Of a stretch of DNA of 64,000 nucleotides, positions 1 through 9,813 are shown piece after piece; within the stretch, counting starts at the first letter, position 1, and each line of letters begins with the position of its first letter. Source of the stretch: Balanoglossus misakiensis (taxonomy: Eukaryota; Animalia; Hemichordata); the NCBI GenBank assembly GCA_040954595.2, contig CM082588.2, forward strand, positions 9,842,844 through 9,906,843, read 5' to 3'. A model generated the notes under the pieces. That model saw only the letters and a list, made by a program, of their open reading frames with translations, did not search any database and was not told where the DNA came from. A program made the position numbers and the translations under genes.

Positions 1-4
1 AGTA

Positions 5-3000
5 ATGGTGACCAACTATGGAGCACGTGCTGTCACAGTTCCCCCTAAAAGCACCCTATGTAACATGAACTTAGCATCTAATGTCTCACAGCCTTTAGAT
101 CCATATGGAGATGATATTGATACAAACTCAGATGGGACCACCTCACCAAAAGTACCCGATTGGCTGATAAAAGACCTGGGATTACAAGAGGCGGATACAG
201 AATTAACAGAAATCCAGAAAGACCAAGCCTTGGCTACCATTGGTAAATGGCAAACCGTGTTCTCTACAGGTGAGAGAGATTTGGGACACACAACATTGGT
301 AACACATTCGATAAAGTTAACGGATGAAACCCCCTTTAAAGATAAATACCGTCGAATCCCTATGGGTATGTACGAAGAATTGCAACAGTACCTGCAAGAT
401 ATGCTACAGAGTGGTGTGATTAGAGAATCAAACAGCCCGTGGTCCTCAAATGTTGTATGTGTCAGAAAACCTGATGGGAAGCTGAGGGTGTGTATTGATT
501 ATAGACGTCTCAACGCCAAAACCATTAAAGACGCTTACGCATTACCCCGGGTATTGGATACGCTTGATAACCTTAGTAACGCCGAGTGGTTTTCATCGCT
601 TGATCTACGGTCTGGATATTACCAAGTAGAGATGGCGGAAGACGACAAAGCGAAGACAGCTTTCACGGTGGGAAACTTCGGCTTATTTGAATTCAACCGT
701 ATGTCTATGGGTCTGACCAACGCACCTGCAACTTTCCAGCGTCTCATGGAGAAGTGTTTTGGAGAATTGGCGTTCAGAGAATGTTGTGTGTATTTAGATG
801 ACATCATAGTATTTTCGAAGACTTTTGAAGACCACCTCAATAGATTGGAGCGGGTATTCCAGCGGCTGGCATCACATGGACTAAAGTTGAAGGCAACGAA
901 GTGTGTTTTATTCCAGAAGAAGGTGAAATATCTTGGACACGTGGTATCAGCCGACGGAATTACAACGGACCCAGACAAGGTAGCAGCTCTGAAGGAATGG
1001 CCAATACCCACTACTGTAACAGAACTGAGAAGATTTCTTGGATTTGCAGGGTATTACAGGAGATTTATCCAAAGCTACAGTAATATTGCCAAGCCACTTA
1101 ACGACTTGCTGTGTGGACGTCAGTCAAGGAATAAGGCGGGAAAATTTGAAAAACTCCAGTGGGGACAACAGGAACAACAAGCTTTCGACACTCTGAGGAA
1201 GAGCCTAATGTCGTCACCAATACTAGCCTTTGCTGACTACTCACTTCCATTTGAAATACATACTGATGCAAGTTCCACAGGTCTGGGAGCAGTGCTGTAT
1301 CAACGCCAGAAAGGTATTCTCAGAGTAATTGCCTATGCAAGTAGAGGACTCACCAAGTCTGAAAGTAATTATCCAGCTCATAAATTAGAATTTTTGGCAC
1401 TGAAATGGGCCGTCACCAAGAAGTTCAACGACTACCTGTATGGAAGCAAATTCACTGTGTTTACAGACAACAACCCTTTGACGTATGTGTTAACTTCTGC
1501 GAAACTGGATGCGGTGGGACACAGATGGTTGTCAGACTTGTCATTGTACGACTTCTCTATTGTTTACCGGAGTGGTAAGAAGAATATAGAGGCTGACGCT
1601 TTGTCTAGGATTCCATGGAATAGAGAGAATCCAGAGACGGAAACCAATCTGGGAGCCGATGTAGTCCAGGCGCTTTGTCGAGCAACAGAAGGTCCATACG
1701 TAACTTCATTCGGAATGGTAGCAGATGAGGACAGACCTGCAGTAGTTCAAGGTGGGGATGATGTGTTCTGGAAGACGGAGCAGTCCAAAGATTCAACAAT
1801 ACAGTATGTGACTGATCAGCTTGAAAAGGACCACAAACCACTTATGAGAGATCATACAGGAGATGTCAGACTACTTATACGAGATTGGAAACGCCTTGTT
1901 CTGAAGAATGGAGTCCTATACAGGAAATGCTTCATCGATGATATACAATATTTGCAACTTGTCTTACCAGTACACCATAGAAAAGATGTCCTGGAGGAAC
2001 TACATGATAAACTTGGACACTTTGGCCAAGATAAAACCCTGGATCTGGTACGACGAAGATTCTACTGGCCTAGGATGTCGATGGATGTTCAAAAGAAAGT
2101 GGAACATTGTTTACCATGCATTCGCAGGAAAAGTTCAACTTCCTTACCCAGAACTCCCTTGGTTAATATTCACACATCACAACCGATGGAAATGGTGTGC
2201 ATAGACTTTCTCCATATACCAACACCAGATCAAGGATATAGCAACATATTAGTGATGACGGACCATTTCACTCGATACGCTATAGCAGTACCTACAAAGA
2301 ACCAGTCTGCCAAAACAACTGCCAAAGCATTGTTTGAACATTTGATTTTGCATTATGGGTTCCCAGGACGATTACACAGTGACCAGGGGCGAAACTTTGA
2401 GTCGTCTACAATTCAGGAACTTTGCCGAATAGCTAATATTAAGAAGTCCAGGACCACTCCATACCACCCCCAGGGAAATGGAATGTGCGAACGATTTAAT
2501 AAGACGTTATTACAGATGCTTGGAACTATGAATAAAGACAACAAGACAAGATGGGCTTCACATGTCAATACGATGGTTCATGCCTATAATTCTACAAAGC
2601 ATGAAAGCACCGGATATTCACCTTTCTTTTTGATGTTTGGTCGTGAACCAAGACTGCCTATAGATGTATCTGGACATGCAGACCAGACCAACCTAGAATA
2701 TGGTGGAACAGTTTCAGATTATGTGACGAAACTTGCCGAACGGTTGGATTACGCCTATAAAGTAGCAACGGAACGGTCTGTTAAGTCTGGTGAACGGCAG
2801 AAGAAGTCATATGATAGAAAAGTGAAGGTGGCCATAATACAACCTGGTGATACTGTGTTGGTGAAGAATACAGGACCTAAAGACAATTACAAATTGGCAG
2901 ACCAATGGGAAAAGGATCCATATACAGTGATTTCACAGCCCATAGAAGACATTCCAGTATACGTGGTACAAAAACAAGTTAAGGGTGGAAGGAAGCGGAC

Positions 3001-3553
3001 ACTACATAGAAATTTGCTACTCCCAATACCAATAATTCCGGACGAACTGGATGACGATGTTAACACCAAGATGACGCAGCGTGATGTTAAGCAGAGTGTA
3101 CCGGGTGTTATCAACGATGCTACCCAGGATGCAGGGGACGAAGAGGATGACGGCATTGGTAAATTGCAATTCGTGTCAACTATCAACTTGCCAACAGAAC
3201 ACAATGCTCTTAATCCTACTGCTGCAGAATTCATCCCATCCAGAAGAGAAAGTTCCCTGATGGACAACCCCACAAGTATGGTTAATCCGGATGGACCTTC
3301 TCAAGTACTTACCTCAGATTTCTCGAATCATATTTTGCAAAGTACGGATGGTTGGTCATCGAGCGATCCAGATGGTATCCCTCCTGCTACAACCAACATC
3401 AGTCCTGACTCCAGTAGTAGTACTCAACCTGAACCACGCTATCCTACACGACAGAGACGACCTCCAGATAGATATAGTCCCGAACAATGGAATCTAAAAC
3501 AGTTTTCTCATACGACTTTATCTTCTATACCATTTATTAATTGCCACTATTAA
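5..3553 (+). CDS. pol: Ty3/Gypsy LTR retrotransposon Pol (RT-RNase H-integrase); the 5' part (gag, protease) lies upstream of the window
   Basis: Uninterrupted 1182-aa ORF. RT motifs (CIDYRRLN, LDLRSGYYQV, MGLTNAPATFQR, YLDDII), RNase H (TDASSTGLGAVL, LEFLALKWAV, TDNNPL), integrase zinc finger (H..GHFG...C..C), DDE core (CIDF, HSDQGRNF, GNGMCERFN), GPY/F-like region and terminal RYPTRQRRPPDRY. Integrase after RNase H is the Gypsy order. Confidence 0.97.
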   Translation: MVTNYGARAVTVPPKSTLCNMNLASNVSQPLDPYGDDIDTNSDGTTSPKVPDWLIKDLGLQEADTELTEIQKDQALATIGKWQTVFSTGERDLGHTTLVTHSIKLTDETPFKDKYRRIPMGMYEELQQYLQDMLQSGVIRESNSPWSSNVVCVRKPDGKLRVCIDYRRLNAKTIKDAYALPRVLDTLDNLSNAEWFSSLDLRSGYYQVEMAEDDKAKTAFTVGNFGLFEFNRMSMGLTNAPATFQRLMEKCFGELAFRECCVYLDDIIVFSKTFEDHLNRLERVFQRLASHGLKLKATKCVLFQKKVKYLGHVVSADGITTDPDKVAALKEWPIPTTVTELRRFLGFAGYYRRFIQSYSNIAKPLNDLLCGRQSRNKAGKFEKLQWGQQEQQAFDTLRKSLMSSPILAFADYSLPFEIHTDASSTGLGAVLYQRQKGILRVIAYASRGLTKSESNYPAHKLEFLALKWAVTKKFNDYLYGSKFTVFTDNNPLTYVLTSAKLDAVGHRWLSDLSLYDFSIVYRSGKKNIEADALSRIPWNRENPETETNLGADVVQALCRATEGPYVTSFGMVADEDRPAVVQGGDDVFWKTEQSKDSTIQYVTDQLEKDHKPLMRDHTGDVRLLIRDWKRLVLKNGVLYRKCFIDDIQYLQLVLPVHHRKDVLEELHDKLGHFGQDKTLDLVRRRFYWPRMSMDVQKKVEHCLPCIRRKSSTSLPRTPLVNIHTSQPMEMVCIDFLHIPTPDQGYSNILVMTDHFTRYAIAVPTKNQSAKTTAKALFEHLILHYGFPGRLHSDQGRNFESSTIQELCRIANIKKSRTTPYHPQGNGMCERFNKTLLQMLGTMNKDNKTRWASHVNTMVHAYNSTKHESTGYSPFFLMFGREPRLPIDVSGHADQTNLEYGGTVSDYVTKLAERLDYAYKVATERSVKSGERQKKSYDRKVKVAIIQPGDTVLVKNTGPKDNYKLADQWEKDPYTVISQPIEDIPVYVVQKQVKGGRKRTLHRNLLLPIPIIPDELDDDVNTKMTQRDVKQSVPGVINDATQDAGDEEDDGIGKLQFVSTINLPTEHNALNPTAAEFIPSRRESSLMDNPTSMVNPDGPSQVLTSDFSNHILQSTDGWSSSDPDGIPPATTNISPDSSSSTQPEPRYPTRQRRPPDRYSPEQWNLKQFSHTTLSSIPFINCHY

Positions 3554-3582
3554 TCAAATATCTTTAACTTACTTTAAATGAC

Positions 3583-3612
3583 GAGGACGCCATTTCTCCT
3601 CGCAGGGGTGCG
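3583..3612 (+). promoter_or_regulatory. Polypurine-tract region of the Gypsy element
   Basis: GAGGACG...CGCAGGGGTGCG immediately 5' of the TG that starts the LTR. Confidence 0.6.
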
Positions 3613-4254
3613 TGTAACGGCCTTGTTGATCCATTGAATTTGTATACATGTATATCTGTATGTATGTTATACCTGTATCTTATAGTAATTAGTTATTCAA
3701 TTATTCATATGACGTAATAGTACTTACCTTCAATTGGTTGATCTTAATTATATGCAAACCACCTGGAAGTTTCATTTGACCAATGAACACAAGCTAATCT
3801 GGCACTATGATGTAATTGCTGATATAAAAGGACATGGTGCATAAAATTGGTCAGTTCACCTCTGTAGCCAGACCGGCCACACACGTTGGAACTGACATGT
3901 ATTTGTTCCATTTCAGGTTAGTTTCCTTGTACCTTACCTGTTGCTTGAAGCTTTGTATTTTGGTGCATTCTACCGACTCATTTCAGCACAAGTAATTGGT
4001 GTCGTTAACTTGCGTCAATTTTCCAATTGTATGTCTATATTTTTCACTTGCATGAATTTTGGTGTATTCTGTTGGAGGTGAACTCCCATACATGTGTGTA
4101 ATTTAGCAGTTCACCTCTGTAGCCAGACCGGCCACACACGTTGGAACTGACATGTATTTGTTCCATTTCAGTTATTAAATGTAAGGCCTATGTCTTTGTT
4201 ACCCGTAACCTGTTTGGTGTGAATATGTTGGAATGAACGGCGACAACCGTGACA
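3613..4254 (+). mobile_element. 3' LTR (642 bp) of the Gypsy element
   Basis: Begins TGTAACGG and ends CCGTGACA (7/8 inverted match, TG...CA). Contains TATAAAAG (~3823), Inr-like TCAGT (3851) and ATTAAA (~4174). Helitron coding sequence resumes directly after 4254. Confidence 0.85.
3852..4171 (+). repeat. Exact 65-bp direct repeat inside the LTR (3852-3916 and 4107-4171)
   Basis: CAGTTCACCTCTGTAGCC...TTCCATTTCAG present twice. Confidence 0.95.
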
Positions 4255-7200
4255 CAAGTAATTCTTTGCAGAAGGGATAAGTATGCGAGTAAAATTGCAT
4301 CATGTGATATTGCTGAGAATTGCATTACAGAAGATTATGTACATAGATGTAGTTTATTATGTCCTGTTGAGTGCCCACTTGAGAATAGTGCAGCTAGTAA
4401 GGAGTGGATTTGTTACACATGTGACACAAAACTGTTGCGTGGAAAGATGCCAGTTCAAGCTGTTGCAAACAATCTCCATGTGAACCCAATTCCTCATGAA
4501 TTGGAATGCCTGAATTCTCTAGAACAACATCTGATTGCATTACATATTCCATTTATGAAAATGCTTGCATTGCCAAAAGGTGGTCAGAATGGTGTTCATG
4601 GACCTGTTGTATGTGTCCCATCAAATATTGAGAAAGCTACAAGTATTTTGCCACGAGGTGAATTGGATGATCAAATGATAAAGGTTAAACTGAAGCGAAA
4701 ATTGACTTACAAGGGTTCTTATCAGTATCAGTTTGTAACTAAAAGCCACATTCAGAATGCATTGGATTACTTACAGAGAAATAACAAGTGGTATAATGAT
4801 GTGAAATTCAATGTTGATTGGGAAAATAGTCTTGAGAAAACAAATGATGAACCCTCAGAAATCAAAGATATTGATGCAGATGATGTGGCAGATGATGGAA
4901 ATGACTCTGACAAAGAAACTAATGGAATATTCATGGACACATGCTTTCAGCCAGTCAATATAGCTCAAGATATTCTTGATTATCACTTTGATGCTATAAT
5001 CTCTGTTGCTCCTGCAGAAGGTAATGTACCTGTTAGTGTTTTGATGGAGAAATTCAATGAAGCAAAGTGCTTTCCAGTGTTATTTCCAACTGGGTCACCA
5101 ACATTTCATGATGACAGAGAAATTAAAATTACTATAGGGCGATACTTGCAAAGTCGTTTGATGAATGCAAGCAATAGGTTTGCACAAAATACAGACTACA
5201 TATTCTATTCACAGTATTTATCAGAACTTGAGCAGGTTGTATCTAATGTGTCTATTGCATTGAGAAAAGGAACTGCACATGCTTGTGGTAGAAAAGTAAC
5301 ATCTGATGTTTTGACTGACAGAGAATCTTTGCAAGAAATGTTGAAGTGTGATGAAGGTTACAAGTTTTTGAAACCTATTAGGGGGACACCCCCTTACTGG
5401 CAAGCTACACAGAAAGATTTGTTTGCAATGATCAGACAGCTAGGTATACCAACATGGTTCTGTTCATTTTCTTCTGCTGATTTGCGATGGAAAGAACTGA
5501 TTGAGACATTACTTCGTGGTGAAGGTGATACACGTAATGCAGAGGACCTTGATTGGTCTGAGAAATGTGGTATTTTGAAGCGTAACCCAGTAACAGCTGC
5601 AAGAATGTTTGATCATCGGTTTCAATGTTTTCTGAAAGATGTCATTATGTCACCGGCCAATCCTATTGGCAAAATCAAAGATTACTTTTATCGAGTAGAA
5701 TTCCAACAACGTGGGTCACCCCACACTTACTGCTTATTTTGGGTTGAAGATGCACCCAGAGTAGACAAGAATTCTGATGATGAAGTGGTTGATTTTGTTG
5801 ACATATATGTTACATGTGAAATGCCATCATCTGACAATGATGAAGAATTACATGACATTGTTAAATCAGTTCAGAAACACAGCACACGCCATTCAATATC
5901 TTGCAAGAAGAAAAATACTAATTGTAGATTTAATTTCCCACGGCCACCATCAAAAGAGACATTTGTATGCCGCCCTGTTGACAGTGTAGTGAATAAAGTA
6001 CCAGAAGATCTGGAAAACGCGGAGAGTCGAGAAGCATTTGAAATTGCCGTTTCACAGTTGAGTGTTTCACCAGTGGAGCAAATGATGGCTACAAAACTTC
6101 TAGAGAAACTTTGGATGGCAATGAATGACAAGGAGAAAGAGTATGATACTATATATGACTTATTTGCTGAAGTTGGTACATCTCAGGAAGCCTATGAGAG
6201 AGCACATTCAATTGTTTCCAAAAAGACAAGTATAGTTATGAAACGTCAGCCTAGTGATGTGTGGGTAAACCAATACAATGCTTGTCTTCTGCGTTGCTGG
6301 AATGCAAATATGGATATCCAGTTTGTTGTTGATGCATATGCATGTGTTGTGTATATTGTATCATACATTTCCAAGGCAGAAAGAGAGATGGGTTTACTTC
6401 TGGAGCACGCGCAGAGAGAAGCTAACAAGGGAGGAAATATGGATGCTAAATCTGCATTGCAACAGTTGGGCAGTGTATATTTGCACAACAGAGAAGTAAG
6501 TGCTCAGGAGGCTGTATATAGAGTGTGTGGATTGAAATTGAAGCAATCATCTCGAAAAGTCCAGTTTATTCCAACTGGAGAGAATCCTATCAAAATGAGT
6601 TTACCATTTGCCACAATAAGAAACAAAATGAAGGGAAACGAGGTAGATGAGGAAAGCATCTGGATGCATAGTATTGTTGACAGATACAAGAACAGACCAA
6701 ATGGGATAGATTTTGATAACATGTGTCTTGCTACATTTTGCTCAGAATACAGAATAGTTTCAAAATCAGAAGTTGTGAATGTCATTGATGAGAAACGAAA
6801 GAGTCCTCTAGTAAAGTTACAAAATGATATTGGCTATATGCAAAAGAGATCACAAACTGAACCAGCTGTCATCAGATATGCAAGATTCTCAGTGACAAAA
6901 TATCCAGAGAAGTATTATCGCAGTATCTTGGAACTCTTTCTACCATACCGGGTTGATGCACAACTGAAACCTAGTGGTTTTGAATCCTACGAGGATTTCT
7001 ATCGTGTTGGTGCTGTGAAATGTGGATCTGAATCTGTAGAAAAAGTGAAGGACATAGTGGAAAGAAACAAAGCACTGTATGAAAAAGAGGCTGATGCTGT
7101 TGATATGGCTGAAGAATTCCTTGGTGGGAATAATGAACCACTGGAAGATGCATGGGCACAAATCTGTCCAGAAAATGAATTAGACAGATTGGAATGTATT

Positions 7201-7383
7201 GAGGAAGGCAAGAAATGCAATGACGATGATCATGGAGATGAAACAGATGATATTCCAGAGTTGGTGGCAAAAGCGCAAGGTGATTGCAGTATAGAGATTG
7301 CTACTTCGACATCAAGAGCAGAGATTGCAGATGTGTAGATCATTGAACAAAGAACAAGCTGAAGTGTTCTATTGTGTCAGATG
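4255..7383 (+). mobile_element. Helitron (Helentron/Helitron2-like) Rep region; 5' end interrupted by the Gypsy element, Pif1 helicase missing
   Basis: 1029-aa ORF 4249-7338 with WICYTC zinc motif, DUF6570-like block (LPKGGQNGVHGPVVCVP, VKLKRKL), RGTPPYW...DLFAMIRQLGIPTWF, HUH region YRVEFQQRGSPHTY (second His is Tyr), NANMDIQ...YIVSYISK, REVSAQEAVYR. After a frameshift it reads SLNKEQAEVFYCVR, the usual lead-in to the helicase, then breaks off. Confidence 0.9.
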
Positions 7384-7392
7384 TCATTTTCT

Positions 7393-8897
7393 TTGTGTCA
7401 GATGAAACAGCAGTGGTATCCATAGCCTCTACTTCGCTTGAGACTTGGCTTGAGGCCTTGGCCCTTTGTAGTAGTTTTTTGGACCATCACGGTATTCAGC
7501 AAATTGTCTGTAGTTGCCACGACCTCTAACTGGTCCTCTGTAGCGGAAACCACGACCTCTCATTCTGGCACGATAACCTCCTCTCATTTGTCGCACACCA
7601 ATTTTATTTCCAGCCTTATTGACTTCTTGTATATCTTTTACTCGTCTGGAAATGTCATCGCCAAACAAATAGTCTGTGAATGGCACAGTAGAAGAGCACA
7701 AATGGAGATAATCCAGTCTCAAATCCGGTTTAATGCAATCTCGTCTCCTGAGATTTAACAGCCGATTGGTGTGCCCCAAAAAGGCCAGTGAATGGGTGCC
7801 CAGATCAAGTAATTTCTGGATGTCAACATTATCCTGAGGTTTGTCCTTTAACTTGGCTAGTTCACTAACCAGTTGAGTTACACAAACTGATCCCTTCACA
7901 AGGGAATTTTGCACTACCTGGAACTTTGTGTCCAAAGTTCTTGTCTCTGGGCGTATGATATCCCAAATCAGTTGGTTTACTCTTACATTTGTCAACCCAT
8001 GACAGTTTTCTGGGCGAAGAAACTTCTTAACAAGATCATTGTATTTCTCATCAGGAATTCCATCCCTGAAGAAAGCATTAATCATAGTAGCAAAATCTTC
8101 ATCAACAGTATCATCACATTGTTCCTTTACAAGAAACTTGGTAGCCATATCCTTGAACATGCTTGGTTGACTGGTGACGTCACTCACAGTGGCATCAGTA
8201 GCAGTAGCACTGCCGCTAGCCGAAGCACCAACTTCGGACGCGTCCGAAGCAGAAGGTTTCATGTGTGAGACAGTTGTCTCATCCTCGACATCTTCAACAC
8301 AAATATCATTGTCATCTTCATAATAACAATCCTGTTCAATTTTCTCCATACGCGTAGTGAGCTTACCCTGATTGTCCTTGATCTCCGTAAGCAGATTCAA
8401 AATGGCCGACATCTCACCAGAACCAGCCGGTGTGTCTACAGATGACCTGCTCACCTTACTAGTAGTCGCCTCCGACGTTGTGTCGCCCGTGACTAAAACA
8501 GCGGCACTATCACGTTTACGCTTGGAATGTTTGTCAACGTCTGAAACAACTGCACCCCCAGCATCCTTAGATGCAATGTCCGTGCTGACACTTCGTTTGG
8601 GTGGCATGACGTGTACAACGCACGTTGCGACGCTAACACAAAGTTAGTCTTCCAAATGTCTTCAGACGTACTAAAAACTGCTAAACTCGAACCACGTTCG
8701 AGCGACAAAAACAAATATTATCACCGAATTGTACCTTGACCAACTCGGCTGAACGAAGTTACAAAATTCGCAAAATTGAGCCAGACGAGAACACAACGTG
8801 TTTCGCTGGCGTAGGTCAACAGTGCAACTGAAGTTACTCATGCGCAGTGCTATCTCATGTGGTTCCATGAGTGTGATGACGTAATAGAATTAAGATT
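7393..8897 (-). mobile_element. 5' half of a DIRS-type element (terminal repeat plus gag); RT, RNase H and recombinase deleted
   Basis: The minus strand begins AATCTTAATTCTATTACGTCATCACACTCATGG, resembling DIRS termini as I recall them; the element is lost ~40 bp after the gag stop. Boundary approximate. Confidence 0.6.
7429..8607 (-). CDS. Gag-like ORF1 of a DIRS-type tyrosine-recombinase retrotransposon
   Basis: 392 aa with RPENC...VRVNQLIW, DTKFQVVQ, LGHTN..LNLRRRDCIKPDL, LCS....TDYLFGDD and an RG-rich basic C-terminus, as in invertebrate DIRS gag proteins. Confidence 0.8.
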   Translation of the reverse strand: MPPKRSVSTDIASKDAGGAVVSDVDKHSKRKRDSAAVLVTGDTTSEATTSKVSRSSVDTPAGSGEMSAILNLLTEIKDNQGKLTTRMEKIEQDCYYEDDNDICVEDVEDETTVSHMKPSASDASEVGASASGSATATDATVSDVTSQPSMFKDMATKFLVKEQCDDTVDEDFATMINAFFRDGIPDEKYNDLVKKFLRPENCHGLTNVRVNQLIWDIIRPETRTLDTKFQVVQNSLVKGSVCVTQLVSELAKLKDKPQDNVDIQKLLDLGTHSLAFLGHTNRLLNLRRRDCIKPDLRLDYLHLCSSTVPFTDYLFGDDISRRVKDIQEVNKAGNKIGVRQMRGGYRARMRGRGFRYRGPVRGRGNYRQFAEYRDGPKNYYKGPRPQAKSQAK

Positions 8898-9813
8898 TCT
8901 ACATATACTAATAAAGAAGACAGGTTGATTCATCAATCATTGATGACATGTATTTGAAAAATTCATTCCAATATTGGCAATTTTGTTTGAATAAAATTGA
9001 GACAATATTTTCAGAATTTGTTTGCACTATATATCTTTTAAGCGAAAAATAATTTTTAAATCAAATTATGTAGTACTTTTTGTTGGAAAGCCTTATTCAC
9101 AGACCCTTGCAATTTTTTATCCCTCAAGTTGAGGGGGGGGGGCAAAAGTAAGTATTTCTTAGCCCCCCCCCCCCCTTTAGCATTGGAGAGGGGGCAAGTG
9201 ACCACCCCCTCCTGGTTCCTACGCCTAGAGAGGCGAAGTTGTGGAAATGTATGTCTGCTTGGGACCATTCTGCAACGCTTTGGGGTATAGTTTGTCACTG
9301 TCAGTGTGCCCTATAAGCCCATATGATGCACCACTGACTCACTAGTGACTCAAGGAAATTATCCACAATACATGCAAAGCGCAGATTCAGAGAATTGTTT
9401 ACAAATCTTCAAATTGACTCAAACCTTTAAAAAATTATGTTTGTTTAGAGAATACTGCAGGTAACATTGGCAAGCAGATATGACCTAACCATATCTAAAT
9501 ATGGAAATGTGAAAAGAAATAAACTATAGGAACATGCCCAATCAAGTGTCATGTGTCAAGGCAATCTTACAAGCAGTGCAACTTCTTTCAAGCAGCCCTG
9601 GGACAGACAGTCAGAGACACTCACTGACCTACCACTGGTAGTTAATAAAAGAATGGCTGGTGGTCTCTGTAACAGCTGGCCTATTACAGTTATGTAAACA
9701 CGAATAATGTAAATTATCAGTGGGGTTTCACCCACCTCATGTAAAGAGTAACTTTCAAAGCAACTGGGCAAGTGGTTAACTATTAGATTACCAAAATATT
9801 TTTGTAATTTGCA

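Noticed and set aside
4249-4254. ORF-track start of the Helitron ORF
   Set aside because: The GTG start lies in the last bases of the Gypsy LTR; the true N-terminus was separated by the insertion.
9125-9230. Poly-G/poly-C tracts as G-quadruplex regulatory elements
   Set aside because: They look like ordinary MITE subterminal tracts (ending CTACGCCT), as at 39.5, 40.5, 43.1 and 44.0 kb.
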